Source of the DNA: Clostridia bacterium
GTDB taxonomy: Bacteria; Bacillota; Clostridia; Oscillospirales; CAG-272
Assembly (NCBI GenBank): GCA_017631855.1
Contig: JAGBSP010000033.1
Location: 13,461 to 77,460, forward strand
Direction of reading: 5' to 3'
Length of the DNA stretch: 64,000 nt
This document shows, piece by piece, positions 26,047-35,992 of the stretch (the first letter of the stretch is position 1; the number at the start of each line of letters is the position of its first letter). The translations under genes were made by a program, and so were the position numbers. The notes under the pieces are model-generated. The model worked only from the letters and a program-made list of their open reading frames with translations. It was not told where the DNA came from and did not search any database.

Positions 26047-26592
26047 TTACTTCACCATACCGTACCCACCGGCGTATTTACTAACCTCGTCTACAACAAC
26101 AAAAACGTTGTTTTGGCAAATTTTCCGTATTTGTTTCAAAACTGGAAGTGCATCACGCCTCGGAAGTACGATCATTATCATATTCATCTTATCCGTAGAT
26201 CCATAGCCGTCAAAAACAGTATATCCACGAGAATTTTCCTGAAGATATTGGATAATCTTCGCCGTATTTTCCTCGTTTGCAATCAGCTGAAGGCTTGATG
26301 TTCCAAGTGCGATTTTGCTTTCAAGTGTTGAACCAAGAAAGAGTCCTGTTGCATATCCAACGCAATAAAACGCAAGAAGGAATAAATTGTCTCCAAGCGT
26401 TCCTATGATCGTTGAAATTACAAGACCCCATATAGCGCATTCAAGGAAGCCAAGTCCCGCCGCTTTCAACCGCTGTCCCTTGACCATCATACAGGTTTTC
26501 AACGACTGAATTGTAATTTCAATGATCTTTGCAGCGCATACAATAAAGCATACTACCACGGGGGGAATGGACGATAAAAATTCTGACATCAT
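26047..26592 (-). CDS. UPF0316 (DUF5698/DUF2179, YebE-like) membrane protein
   Basis: TM-rich N-half and a C-terminal GYTVFDGYGSTDKMNMIMIVLPRRD ... VFVVVDEVSKYAGGYG, typical of the family. The start is moved to the ATG at 26590-26592 behind AGGAG; the track start is 26697. Confidence 0.82.
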   Translation of the reverse strand: MMSEFLSSIPPVVVCFIVCAAKIIEITIQSLKTCMMVKGQRLKAAGLGFLECAIWGLVISTIIGTLGDNLFLLAFYCVGYATGLFLGSTLESKIALGTSSLQLIANEENTAKIIQYLQENSRGYTVFDGYGSTDKMNMIMIVLPRRDALPVLKQIRKICQNNVFVVVDEVSKYAGGYGMVK

Positions 26593-26734
26593 TTTATTCT
26601 CCTTAAATATCTTTTTTTCATTATACCACTTTTTTCGTTCGCAATCAAGTGAAAAAAGCACAAAAACAGTTCTTATAAAACATAATTGAAAATCCATCGG
26701 AATATACTATCTAAAAAAGTTTGTAGGTGGATTT

Positions 26735-27259
26735 ATGAAACGATCAATAGGACTTTGGAATCTGATCGGCTTTGCTGTGACATCGCTATCGGGTACTCTG
26801 TTGCACTTTTTATATGAATGGACGGGGAAAGCGGTTTTTGTCGCGCCCTTTTCGGGAGTGAACGAATCGACTTGGGAGCATATGAAGCTCCTGTTCTTTC
26901 CTATGTTCATCTTTGCTATCATTCAGAGCTTTTTCTTCAAGGACAGAGAAGAATTTTGGTGTGTAAAACTGAAAGGCACGTTGCTCGGACTAGTGCTGAT
27001 TCCCGTGCTTTTTTACACCTACAACGGTGTCATTGGAAGCTCGCCTGACTGGATCAACATTGCGATTTTCTTCATCTCGGCGGCGATTGCGTATATTTAC
27101 GAAACGAGGCAATTTAACAATAAAACGACTTTTTGCAAGAAACCTACGCTTGCTATTACCGTACTTTGCGTGATTGCCGTTCTGTTCGTAATATTTACGT
27201 TTGCCACACCTGAGATTGGAATTTTTAAAGATCCCATGACGGGGACTTACGGAATATAA
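26735..27259 (+). CDS. multi-pass membrane protein (DUF6512-like)
   Basis: 174 aa with ~5 hydrophobic helices. The N-terminus is LWNLIGFAVTSLSGTLLHFLYEW. Confidence 0.7.
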   Translation: MKRSIGLWNLIGFAVTSLSGTLLHFLYEWTGKAVFVAPFSGVNESTWEHMKLLFFPMFIFAIIQSFFFKDREEFWCVKLKGTLLGLVLIPVLFYTYNGVIGSSPDWINIAIFFISAAIAYIYETRQFNNKTTFCKKPTLAITVLCVIAVLFVIFTFATPEIGIFKDPMTGTYGI

Positions 27260-27372
27260 CCAATAAAAGAAGCTTCGAAAACTTTCTACGGAGCTTCTTT
27301 TCATCTTGAACTATTTACAATTTTGTGGTATAATATTCTCACATCACAGATTGAATTTTTCGAGGTGTTACT

Positions 27373-28026
27373 ATGGAAAATATAACAATTCGTTTGGAAA
27401 CAGAAAAGGACTACCGAGCGGTTGAAGAGCTGACGCGCGAGGCGTTTTGGAACGTCTACGTGCCGGGAGCTTCCGAGCATTATTACGTTCACATGATGCG
27501 AAATCATCCCGACTTCATCCCAGAGCTTGCGTTCGTGCTTGAAAAGAACGGCGAGATTATCGGCAACATCATGTACACGAAAGCGTGGCTTGAGGACGAG
27601 CACGGCGAGAGGAAGGAAATTCTTTCCTTCGGGCCGCTTTGCGTTGCGCCCGAATACCAAAGGCAGAAGCTCGGCAAAATGCTGATAGAGCATTCCTTTG
27701 ATGTGGCACGAAAGATGGGATACGACGTGAACATCAACTTCGGCAATCCTGCAAACTACGTTGGACGCGGATTTGTGAGCTGCAAAAAGAAGAATGTCAG
27801 CTTTGTCGTGGACGGAAATTTCCCGACAGCACTTCTCGTATGCGAGCTTGTGCCGGGCGCTCTTGACGGCAGAAAGTGGATGTATATCGCTTCAACCGCC
27901 GCTGATTGCTGCGATGACACCGCCGCCGTCGAATCCTTCGATGCTACCTTCCCACCAAAAGAAAAGGCGTGGAGACCGAGCCAAGAGGAATTCTATATCT
28001 ATAGGCATTCTTCGGTAGTAAGATAA
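27373..28026 (+). CDS. GNAT-family N-acetyltransferase
   Basis: Acetyl-CoA-binding segment CVAPEYQRQKLGKMLIEHS (Q/R-x-x-G-x-G/A-like). Confidence 0.85.
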   Translation: MENITIRLETEKDYRAVEELTREAFWNVYVPGASEHYYVHMMRNHPDFIPELAFVLEKNGEIIGNIMYTKAWLEDEHGERKEILSFGPLCVAPEYQRQKLGKMLIEHSFDVARKMGYDVNINFGNPANYVGRGFVSCKKKNVSFVVDGNFPTALLVCELVPGALDGRKWMYIASTAADCCDDTAAVESFDATFPPKEKAWRPSQEEFYIYRHSSVVR

Positions 28027-28035
28027 TCGTAACTC

Positions 28036-28073
28036 GCCGATGAGGAATCTCACGAAACCTCATCGGCTTTTTC
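28036..28073 (+). terminator. intrinsic terminator
   Basis: GCCGATGAGG (28036-28045) / CCTCATCGGC (28058-28067) followed by TTTTT. Confidence 0.75.
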
Positions 28074-28175
28074 TGATGATTTTTGACAAAATGTTGCAAT
28101 ACAGCCATAACCAGTAGCCGTGCTGGTGGTTATAGCTCAACTATTAAAAAATTGATCTTTTCTTTTTTATTTTTA

Positions 28176-28204
28176 TTGACTTTTTTTCAAATATTTGCTA
28201 TAAT
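28176..28204 (+). promoter_or_regulatory. SigA-type promoter of the marR-ABC operon
   Basis: TTGACT (28176-28181), a 17-nt spacer, then TATAAT (28199-28204). Confidence 0.6.
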
Positions 28205-28255
28205 AGTTGCATACGAAACTGTTGCAGCCGCAACGATATGACAAGAGGTGCGAAT

Positions 28256-28696
28256 ATGTCAAAATTTATGAAGATGCTGAATAATATCAGCCGTTCGCAA
28301 GCCATTTATCGGCACTCAAAGATCTCCGCAAAGGATCTGCCGTCGGGACACTATGCCTTTGCCTTGGCGATCTGCCGTGAGCCGGGACGTTCTCAGGAGG
28401 AACTTGCGCGCGAGCTTTGTATCAACAAAAGCACTGTGGCAAGGCATCTGACCTGTCTTGAGGAAAAAGGGTATATTTCGAGAGTTCCCTTACCGAATGA
28501 TAAGCGACAGTTTTCGGTCTATCCGACTGAAAAAATGCTCTCTGTTCTTCCCGAGATCAAACAGGCGTCACTTGAGTGGATGACTCTTCTCTCCGAAGGA
28601 ATCCCCCAGGATGAGCTTGCCGTTTTCGATTCGGTACTTGAACGTATGCAGACCCGTGCTAGAGAGATCATTGAGAAGCAAGAGGAAACAAAATGA
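28256..28696 (+). CDS. MarR-family transcriptional regulator
   Basis: Winged-HTH segment SQEELARELCINKSTVARHLTCLEEKGYISR. The start is taken at the ATG at 28256 behind AGAGGTG; the track start is 28238. Confidence 0.88.
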   Translation: MSKFMKMLNNISRSQAIYRHSKISAKDLPSGHYAFALAICREPGRSQEELARELCINKSTVARHLTCLEEKGYISRVPLPNDKRQFSVYPTEKMLSVLPEIKQASLEWMTLLSEGIPQDELAVFDSVLERMQTRAREIIEKQEETK

Positions 28697-30411
28697 AGTG
28701 GGTATTAATGTATTTAAAGCCGTTGCGCGCAAGGATCACGCTGGGAACCGTGATCAAAATCATCGGCACTCTGGCGGAGCTGATGATTCCCTTTTTACTC
28801 AGCTATATTCTTGAGCACGTCATACATACCAACGACGTAAAAAAAATTCTGTTTTATGGCGCTCTGATGGCAGCTTGCGCTCTGATTGCCTGTCTTGGCA
28901 ACATTATCGCGAACAGAATGGCGGCAAAAACAACGATGATCTTCTCGACGCAAATGAGAAAGGATCTCTTTGCCAACACGCTTCATCTGTCGGCAAGAAG
29001 CACCGACCATTTTACCATCCCTTCTCTCGAATCAAGAATCACGTCCGATACCTATAACGTGCAAAATTTTATCGGAATGATGCAGAGAATGGGAATTCGA
29101 GCGCCGATCCTTCTGCTCGGCGGAACTCTCATTACGATGCTGATGGACCAAAAGCTGGCGCTCGTGATGTTAGCTACGCTTCCGCTGATCTTTATTGTCG
29201 TATACAGCATTTCGCGGATGGGCGTACCGCTATACTCCAAGGTTCAGCAATCGGTGGACGGAATGGTGCGAGTTGTTCGTGAGGATGCGCAAGGAATTCG
29301 CGTAATCAAGGCACTCTCGAAAGTCGATTATGAAAATTCGCGTTATGACAAGGCAAATATGACGCTCCGTCGCAACGAAACCAAAGCGGGAATCATTATG
29401 GGCGTAGTCAATCCCATTATGACGCTCCTAATGAATATGGGCATCGTTGCCGTCATTGCGGTCAGTGCGTATTTCGTGTCAAACAAAACATCCTCTGCGA
29501 CTACCGTCATTGCCTTTATGCAATATTTCACGCTGATCTCGATGGCGATGATGTCGCTTTCCCGAATGTTCGTTATGTACACGAAGTGCGCCGCCTCTGC
29601 CAAGCGAATTTCGCTGGTGATGGAGTGTGAAAGTGAGCTTACGCTGTGTCCTGACAACGGAAAGGGCGATTCCTCTCTTCACATTTGCTTTGAGAAAGTT
29701 AGCTTTTCCTATCTTGGCAAAAAGAACAACCTCAAGGATATTTCTTTTTCCTTGAAAAAAGGACAAAGTCTCGGTATTATCGGAGCTACAGGTAGCGGTA
29801 AATCCACACTTTTGCGCCTTTTGATGCGTTTCTACGACGCAAATTCGGGAACGGTGCGCATTCACGGAAAAGACGTTCGATCCTATTCTCCCGAAGAGTT
29901 AACCGCGATGTTTGGTGTCGTATTCCAAAACGACTTTCTGTATGCCGATTCGATTGAGGAAAACATCCGCTTCGGGCGTGATCTCTCCAAGGACGAGATC
30001 GTTGCGGCGGCAAAAATTGCTCAAGCACACGACTTTATCTCTTCCTTTTCCGACGGCTACGATCACGCGGTATCGGCGGGCGGAACCAATCTGTCGGGCG
30101 GTCAGCGTCAGCGCGTACTGATTTCCCGTGCCATTGCGGGCAAACCCGACATTTTGATTCTTGACGACTCATCCTCGGCGCTGGACTACAAAACCGACGC
30201 AAATCTGCGTCGTGCGCTTTCCGAGGCGCTTCCCGAATCGACGATCATCACGGTGGCACAAAGAGTCAGCTCGGTGAAAAACTGCAATCTCATTCTCGTC
30301 ATCGAAGACGGCGTAATCATCGGCTACGGCAAGCACGAGGAGCTGCTTGAGCGCTGCTTGGAATACAAAGAAATCAGCGATTCTCAGATGGGAGGTGCTT
30401 TCCTTGACTGA
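28693..30411 (+). CDS. ABC transporter, fused permease/ATP-binding protein (exporter type)
   Basis: N-terminal 6-TM domain. Walker A is GATGSGKST, the signature is LSGGQRQR and Walker B is ILILDDSSSALD. The start overlaps the marR stop (ATGA). Confidence 0.9.
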   Translation: MKWVLMYLKPLRARITLGTVIKIIGTLAELMIPFLLSYILEHVIHTNDVKKILFYGALMAACALIACLGNIIANRMAAKTTMIFSTQMRKDLFANTLHLSARSTDHFTIPSLESRITSDTYNVQNFIGMMQRMGIRAPILLLGGTLITMLMDQKLALVMLATLPLIFIVVYSISRMGVPLYSKVQQSVDGMVRVVREDAQGIRVIKALSKVDYENSRYDKANMTLRRNETKAGIIMGVVNPIMTLLMNMGIVAVIAVSAYFVSNKTSSATTVIAFMQYFTLISMAMMSLSRMFVMYTKCAASAKRISLVMECESELTLCPDNGKGDSSLHICFEKVSFSYLGKKNNLKDISFSLKKGQSLGIIGATGSGKSTLLRLLMRFYDANSGTVRIHGKDVRSYSPEELTAMFGVVFQNDFLYADSIEENIRFGRDLSKDEIVAAAKIAQAHDFISSFSDGYDHAVSAGGTNLSGGQRQRVLISRAIAGKPDILILDDSSSALDYKTDANLRRALSEALPESTIITVAQRVSSVKNCNLILVIEDGVIIGYGKHEELLERCLEYKEISDSQMGGAFLD

Positions 30412-30415
30412 TCAA

Positions 30416-32203
30416 ATGATAAAACCCGAAAAAAAGAAGTCAAAAAAAGGCATCTTCATTCGCCTGAGCAAATACGTTTTGCGTCAATGGCCCTTGTTTA
30501 TTTTCGCTTTACTTTTGACTCTCGGAGCAAATCAGCTCTCTTTGATGGGACCGAGATACTCAGGTGCGGCAATCGACGCGATCGAGTTTGCAGGCGGTGT
30601 AGACTTCCCTACCGTTTGGAAAAATGTGCTCTTTATGCTGGGCTGTTACGTCATTTCGGCTCTGCTTTCTTATGCGCTTTCGGTGGTGATGATCCACCTG
30701 AGTCAGCGAATCATCTACAAAATGCGAAAGCAGGTCTTTGAGAAACTGACCACCCTTCCCGTAAATTATTTCGATACGCACGCAACGGGAGATATCATCA
30801 GCCATCTGTCCTACGATATCGATACCATCAATGCCACCCTCTCTCACGATCTCATTCAGGTGATGACAAGTATTTATACCGTAGTCGGCTCGCTCATCTT
30901 TATGTGGCAGATATCAAAGCCTATGATTCTGATCTTTGTCCTGACTGTTCCAATCTCGATTCTCTTTACACGCTACCGCTCCAAGACCGTCCGTCCGCTT
31001 TTCCGCAAGCGAGCAAAAAAATACGGTGAGCTGAACGGATTTGCGGAAGAAATGCTGACCGGCTCTCGTACGATCTCAGCGTATGGACGGCAAGACGTCA
31101 TATCCTCTCGCTTCAATAAAATCAACGATGAGGCGATGGATTCCTTCTACAAGGCGGAATATCAAGGTGCTCTGCTCTTCCCAACCATCAATTTCATCAA
31201 CAATATCTCGCTTACACTTGTAGCAATGATGGGTGGAGTTCTCTATATGTACTCGCAAAACGGTACCTTCCTTGCTACTTCCATCTTTTTTATCACGTTG
31301 GGCGGTGTGGCGCAGTTTGTGCAGTATTCCAGAAAATTTGCAGGGCCGATCAACGAGTTTTCCAATATTCTTCACGAGTTTCAATCCGCCTTTTCTGCGG
31401 CAGAGCGTGTCTTTGCCATTCTTGACGAGCAACCCGAAAAGGTCGACGCTCCCGATGCCAAGGCTCTCTGCGACGTGAAGGGCGACGTTTCGTTACAAAA
31501 CGTAACCTTTGGCTACACCGAGGACAGAACCATCCTAAAAAACGTTTCTGTCCACGCAAAGAAGGGGCAGACGGTCGCAATCGTCGGACCTACGGGTGCG
31601 GGAAAAACCACCATTATCAATCTCCTGATGCGCTTCTACGATCAGCAAAGCGGTGAGATCCGTATTGACGGAATGGAATCGGTCGATCTCAAGCGCACCG
31701 ATCTGCGCCTTGCCTTCACGATGGTGCTTCAGGACACATGGCTTTTCTACGGTACGATCTACGACAATATCGTATACGGAAGAGAGGATGCCACCCCCGA
31801 AGAGGTCTATGCAGCGGCAAGATCCGCAAAGATCGCCTCGTATATCGAAAGTCTTCCCGACGGATATGACACAATGCTCTCAGACGACGGAGTAAATATC
31901 TCCAAGGGACAAAAACAGTTGATTACCATTGCACGCGCTTTTCTCTCCAAAGCTCCGATCCTCATTCTCGACGAGGCGACCTCGAACGTAGACTCTAGTA
32001 CCGAGATGCAGATCCAGACCGCGATGACCGAGCTGATGAAAAATAAAACCTGCTTTATCATTGCGCACCGACTTTCCACAATTCAGAATGCGGATACCAT
32101 TCTCGTTGTTAAGGATGGCGCAATCATCGAGCAAGGAAATCACGATCAGCTTCTGGGGCTTGGCGGATTCTACTCTTCTCTATATCATTCACAGTTCCAT
32201 TAA
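30416..32203 (+). CDS. ABC transporter, fused permease/ATP-binding protein (heterodimer partner)
   Basis: Walker A is GPTGAGKTT, the signature is ISKGQKQL and Walker B is ILILDEATSNVD. The track start at 30347 lies inside the upstream gene. Realistic starts are the ATG at 30416 or the TTG at 30404, 8 nt after GGAGG. Confidence 0.88.
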   Translation: MIKPEKKKSKKGIFIRLSKYVLRQWPLFIFALLLTLGANQLSLMGPRYSGAAIDAIEFAGGVDFPTVWKNVLFMLGCYVISALLSYALSVVMIHLSQRIIYKMRKQVFEKLTTLPVNYFDTHATGDIISHLSYDIDTINATLSHDLIQVMTSIYTVVGSLIFMWQISKPMILIFVLTVPISILFTRYRSKTVRPLFRKRAKKYGELNGFAEEMLTGSRTISAYGRQDVISSRFNKINDEAMDSFYKAEYQGALLFPTINFINNISLTLVAMMGGVLYMYSQNGTFLATSIFFITLGGVAQFVQYSRKFAGPINEFSNILHEFQSAFSAAERVFAILDEQPEKVDAPDAKALCDVKGDVSLQNVTFGYTEDRTILKNVSVHAKKGQTVAIVGPTGAGKTTIINLLMRFYDQQSGEIRIDGMESVDLKRTDLRLAFTMVLQDTWLFYGTIYDNIVYGREDATPEEVYAAARSAKIASYIESLPDGYDTMLSDDGVNISKGQKQLITIARAFLSKAPILILDEATSNVDSSTEMQIQTAMTELMKNKTCFIIAHRLSTIQNADTILVVKDGAIIEQGNHDQLLGLGGFYSSLYHSQFH

Positions 32204-32230
32204 AACCTTTTGATTACTTCTTACAAAAAC

Positions 32231-32270
32231 AAAAACCGCCGATGAGGGTTCATCCTCATCGGCGGTTTTT
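32231..32270. terminator. bidirectional terminator between ABC operon and ilvE
   Basis: AAAAACCGCCGATGAGG / CCTCATCGGCGGTTTTT, flanked by A/T runs. Confidence 0.8.
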
Positions 32271-32290
32271 AGCATATATACTAAGATATA

Positions 32291-33322
32291 TTATTTTACC
32301 TTGATCTCACGGATCCATCCTTCGGGCGCTTCAATTCTACCCATCTGGATACCGGTTAAAGTGTCGTACAGCTTCTTGGTAACGGGACCCATTTCGGTCA
32401 TTCCGCTCGGGAAGCAGATCTCCGTGCCGTGGTCAACCACTTTTCCTACGGGAGAAATAACTGCCGCGGTACCGCAAAGGCCGCATTCTGCGAAATCCTT
32501 GATCTCTTCGAGAAGCACTTCTCTCTCTTCCACTTCCATACCGAGATATTCCTTTGCTACGTAGCAGAGCGAACGTCTGGTGATCGAGGGGAGAATGGTT
32601 TCGGACTTCGGCGTTACGAGCTTTCCGTCCTTAGTGACAAAGAGGAAGTTTGCGCCACCGGTCTCTTCTACCTTGGTTCTGGTTGCGGAATCAAGATACA
32701 TATTTTCATCGTATCCCTGATGGTGCGCATCTACGATTGCGTGCAAGCTCATTGCATAGTTAAGTCCTGCCTTGATATGACCCGTTCCGCGGGGAGCGGC
32801 ACGGTCAAAATCACAAACGCGAAGCGTCAGAGGCTTTGCACCGCCCTTGAAGTAAGGACCTACAGGCGTAGCAAAAATACGGAACTGATATTCGGTTGCG
32901 GGCTTTACACCGATGACGGGGTTGCTTCCGAACATATAAGGACGGAGGTACATCGTAGCACCCGAGCCGTAGGGGGGAACGAAATCTGCGTTTGCCGCAA
33001 CAACTGCCTCAACTGCTTCGATAAACTTATCTTCGGGGTAGGCGGGCATTTCAAGTCTTCTTGCGCTATCAGCCAAACGCTGTGCGTTGAGGTCGGGACG
33101 GAAGGTAACGATGCGTCCGTCTTCCGTGCGGTATGCCTTCAGACCCTCAAAAACGGTCTGCGCATACTGAAATACGCCTGCGCACTCATTCAAGGTAACG
33201 TTGGCATCCTCAGTCAGAAATCCCTCTTCCCAAGCGCCATCCTTAAAGTTTGCAACGTATCTCTTATCGGTCTGAATATAGCCAAAGCCCAAATTCGACC
33301 AATCCAACTGCTTGTTACTCAT
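32291..33322 (-). CDS. ilvE: branched-chain amino acid aminotransferase
   Basis: Class IV aminotransferase of the long BCAT type: VFEGLKAY, YLRPYMFG, GHIKAGLNYA, EETGGANFLFV. The start is moved to the ATG at 33320-33322 behind AGGAG. Confidence 0.9.
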   Translation of the reverse strand: MSNKQLDWSNLGFGYIQTDKRYVANFKDGAWEEGFLTEDANVTLNECAGVFQYAQTVFEGLKAYRTEDGRIVTFRPDLNAQRLADSARRLEMPAYPEDKFIEAVEAVVAANADFVPPYGSGATMYLRPYMFGSNPVIGVKPATEYQFRIFATPVGPYFKGGAKPLTLRVCDFDRAAPRGTGHIKAGLNYAMSLHAIVDAHHQGYDENMYLDSATRTKVEETGGANFLFVTKDGKLVTPKSETILPSITRRSLCYVAKEYLGMEVEEREVLLEEIKDFAECGLCGTAAVISPVGKVVDHGTEICFPSGMTEMGPVTKKLYDTLTGIQMGRIEAPEGWIREIKVK

Positions 33323-33343
33323 TGTATATTCTCCTTGCAAAAA

Positions 33344-33883
33344 TTATTTCTTATAATTTTTTCCGAGGCTGAGTGCCTTCATATTCAAATCCTTGAGCGC
33401 CGCCTTCTTGGGGGGGACAAGCTTGTCTACCACCGTTTCAGCACCGTCAAAGGAAAGCTCGGGATGATTTTCGAGGAGATGTCCTACGATAATCATATTT
33501 GCAAGCGTTGCAATACCCTCTTCCTTTGCAATCTGCGTTGCGGGAATGTAAAATACCTCTACGTCGTCTCTCTCGACCTTCAGATCGATCAGAGAAGAAT
33601 CTACGTAGATCTGTCCGCCTGCAACAACCGAGTCAACGTACTTCTCAAGCGAAGGAAGGTTCATTGCGATCAGTACGTTCGGAGCCGTGATAATCGGCGA
33701 GCCAACGGGCGTGTCGGAGAGAATTACGTTACAGTTTGCGGTACCTCCGCGCATTTCGGGGCCGTAAGAAGGAAGCCAGGAAACCTGAAGCTCTTCCAAA
33801 AGTCCCTTATAAGCCAAGAACTTTCCCGAGAAAAGAATGCCCTGACCGCCAAAGCCTGCAATCAAAATTTCTGTGGTTTTCAT
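33344..33883 (-). CDS. 2-oxoacid:ferredoxin oxidoreductase, gamma subunit
   Basis: [21 protein letters not shown] ... [13 protein letters not shown] is typical of the gamma subunit. Its ATG overlaps the beta-subunit stop (ATGA at 33880-33883). Confidence 0.9.
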   Translation of the reverse strand: MKTTEILIAGFGGQGILFSGKFLAYKGLLEELQVSWLPSYGPEMRGGTANCNVILSDTPVGSPIITAPNVLIAMNLPSLEKYVDSVVAGGQIYVDSSLIDLKVERDDVEVFYIPATQIAKEEGIATLANMIIVGHLLENHPELSFDGAETVVDKLVPPKKAALKDLNMKALSLGKNYKK

Positions 33884-34638
33884 TCTGCTGCGTCCTCCTT
33901 CGCGGATCTGTCCTTGTATACGCCGATGGGATAGTAAGGAAGCATATCGCTCTCGATCCACTCCAGCGCCTGCTTAGGCGTCATACCCCAGTTGGTCGGG
34001 CAAGCCGAAACAACCTCAACCAGCGAGAAGCCCTTGCCCTCGATCTGATTTTGGAACGCCTTCTTAATTGCCTTCTTTGCGTTTCTTACGTTCTTTACGT
34101 TATTGACGGCAACACGCGTGATGTACTCAGGTCCCTCAAGGGTTGCAAGCATCTCGCTGACACGGATCGGCCAACCGCAGTGGTTGACGTCACGTCCGTA
34201 GGGAGAGGTCTGCGTTACCTGACCGGGAAGGCTCGTAGGAGCCATCTGTCCGCCCGTCATACCGTAAATCGCGTTATTGACGAAAATGACGGTAATATTC
34301 TCGTTTCTTGCAGCAGCATGAACCGTTTCTGCCATACCGATCGACGCAAGGTCTCCATCACCCTGATAGGTGAAAACGATATTGTCGGGACGGCAACGCT
34401 TGATACCCGTTGCAACAGCGGGAGCTCTTCCGTGTGCCGCTTCAATCATATCGCAAGCGAAATAATCATATGCCATAACTGCGCATCCAACAGGAGCTAC
34501 GCCGATGGCCTTTCCTTCGATGCCAAGCTCATCCATCGTCTCGGCAACCAAACGGTGAATAATACCGTGAGGGCATCCGGGACAGTAATGAAAGGGTGCA
34601 TCGGTCAATGCTTTCGGTTTTTCAAATACGATCGCCAT
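33880..34638 (-). CDS. 2-oxoacid:ferredoxin oxidoreductase, beta (TPP-binding) subunit
   Basis: [21 protein letters not shown] (TPP G-D-G motif) and [11 protein letters not shown]. Confidence 0.9.
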   Translation of the reverse strand: MAIVFEKPKALTDAPFHYCPGCPHGIIHRLVAETMDELGIEGKAIGVAPVGCAVMAYDYFACDMIEAAHGRAPAVATGIKRCRPDNIVFTYQGDGDLASIGMAETVHAAARNENITVIFVNNAIYGMTGGQMAPTSLPGQVTQTSPYGRDVNHCGWPIRVSEMLATLEGPEYITRVAVNNVKNVRNAKKAIKKAFQNQIEGKGFSLVEVVSACPTNWGMTPKQALEWIESDMLPYYPIGVYKDRSAKEDAAE

Positions 34639-34640
34639 AA

Positions 34641-35702
34641 TTAGAACTCTCCTTTCTCTGCCTTCTGAATTGCAGAAAGTACCTCATCAGGGGTAGGAAT
34701 CATACCGCCTGCACGATTACACAGCGTCACAGGCTTTTTGCTTTCGGTTGCAAGCTTTACGTCCTCGATCATCTGACCCATGCTAAGCTCAACAGAGATA
34801 AATGCTTTTACCTTATCTGCAGCAGCTCTGAGTACCTCGGTCGGGAACGGCCACAGGGTGATCGGACGAATCAAACCAACCTTAATGCCTGCTTTTCTTG
34901 CTTCCGCAACTGCGTTTTTCGCAATTCTCGAGGTAATACCGAAGGCAACGACGCAGATCTCTGCATCCTCCATCATGTATTCCTCCCACATTGCTTCGTT
35001 CTTCTCGATTTCAGCATACTTTTCGAAACGCTCGAAATTCTTCTTTTCAAGCTCATCGGGCTTGAGGTAGAGCGAGTTAACAACGTTGTGCTTTCTCTTG
35101 CACTCGGTACCGGTCAGCGCCCAAGGCTTTTCATATACAGTAGGTTCAGCGTCCTCAAAGGTAATCGGCTCCATCATCTGACCGATGGTTCCGTCCGCCA
35201 GAATCATCGTGGTCATCGAATACTTGTCTGCAAGATCAAAGCCCTTGATCGTAAGGCTTGCCATCTCCTGCACCGAAGCGGGAGCAAGAACGATCATACG
35301 ATAGTCACCGTGACCGCCGCCCTTGGTTGCCTGGAAGTAATCCGACTGCGAGGGCTGAATACCGCCAAGTCCGGGTCCGCCGCGCTGTACGTTAACAACG
35401 AGTGCGGGAATATCCGATCCTGCGATGTAGCTAAGACCCTCTGCCTTCAGCGAAATTCCGGGGCTCGAAGAGGACGTCATAACGCGAAGTCCTGCTGCCG
35501 ATGCGCCGTATACCATATTAATCGAAGCGATCTCACTCTCTGCCTGAAGAAATACGCCGCCGATTTTCGGCATTTTCTTTGCCATATATGCGGCAATTTC
35601 CGTTTGAGGCGTGATGGGATATCCAAAATAGTGACGGCAGCCTGCTCTGATCGCAGCCTCCGCAATCGCCTCGTTACCCTTCATTAAAATTCTTTCTGCC
35701 AT
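34641..35702 (-). CDS. 2-oxoacid:ferredoxin oxidoreductase, alpha subunit
   Basis: [30 protein letters not shown] ... [19 protein letters not shown]. The start is moved to the ATG at 35700-35702 behind GGAG. Confidence 0.9.
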   Translation of the reverse strand: MAERILMKGNEAIAEAAIRAGCRHYFGYPITPQTEIAAYMAKKMPKIGGVFLQAESEIASINMVYGASAAGLRVMTSSSSPGISLKAEGLSYIAGSDIPALVVNVQRGGPGLGGIQPSQSDYFQATKGGGHGDYRMIVLAPASVQEMASLTIKGFDLADKYSMTTMILADGTIGQMMEPITFEDAEPTVYEKPWALTGTECKRKHNVVNSLYLKPDELEKKNFERFEKYAEIEKNEAMWEEYMMEDAEICVVAFGITSRIAKNAVAEARKAGIKVGLIRPITLWPFPTEVLRAAADKVKAFISVELSMGQMIEDVKLATESKKPVTLCNRAGGMIPTPDEVLSAIQKAEKGEF

Positions 35703-35743
35703 TATTTTCTCCATTCCGTTACCGTTTGGTAACTGCAAAAATC

Positions 35744-35950
35744 TTACTTTTCAACCGTGATAATGCAATCGGGACACATTGTTGCGCAGAAGGCACAACC
35801 GATACATTTTTCCTGATCCTTCATATATGCGGGAGAATATCCCTTCGGATTCAGCTTGTCCTGTGCGATTGCCAGACACTGCTTGGGGCACGCGTCAACA
35901 CACAAGCCGCATCCCTTACACATATCCGTGTTAAACGTTACTTTTGCCAT
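35744..35950 (-). CDS. 2-oxoacid:ferredoxin oxidoreductase, delta subunit (2x[4Fe-4S] ferredoxin)
   Basis: CKGCGLCVDAC and CIGCAFCATMC. The start is taken at the ATG at 35948-35950 behind GGAGGA. Confidence 0.85.
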   Translation of the reverse strand: MAKVTFNTDMCKGCGLCVDACPKQCLAIAQDKLNPKGYSPAYMKDQEKCIGCAFCATMCPDCIITVEK

Positions 35951-35992
35951 TTTTGTTCCTCCTATTTCCATGACTTTCCTTTGACGTTTCTG

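Noticed and set aside
27301-27693. 130-aa minus-strand ORF (and 26990-27304)
   Set aside because: It is antisense to the GNAT acetyltransferase and DUF6512-like genes, with no motifs and no RBS.
32429-33934. 501-aa plus-strand ORF
   Set aside because: It is antisense to ilvE and the OFOR gamma subunit and spans a real gene boundary. It has no RBS and no motifs.
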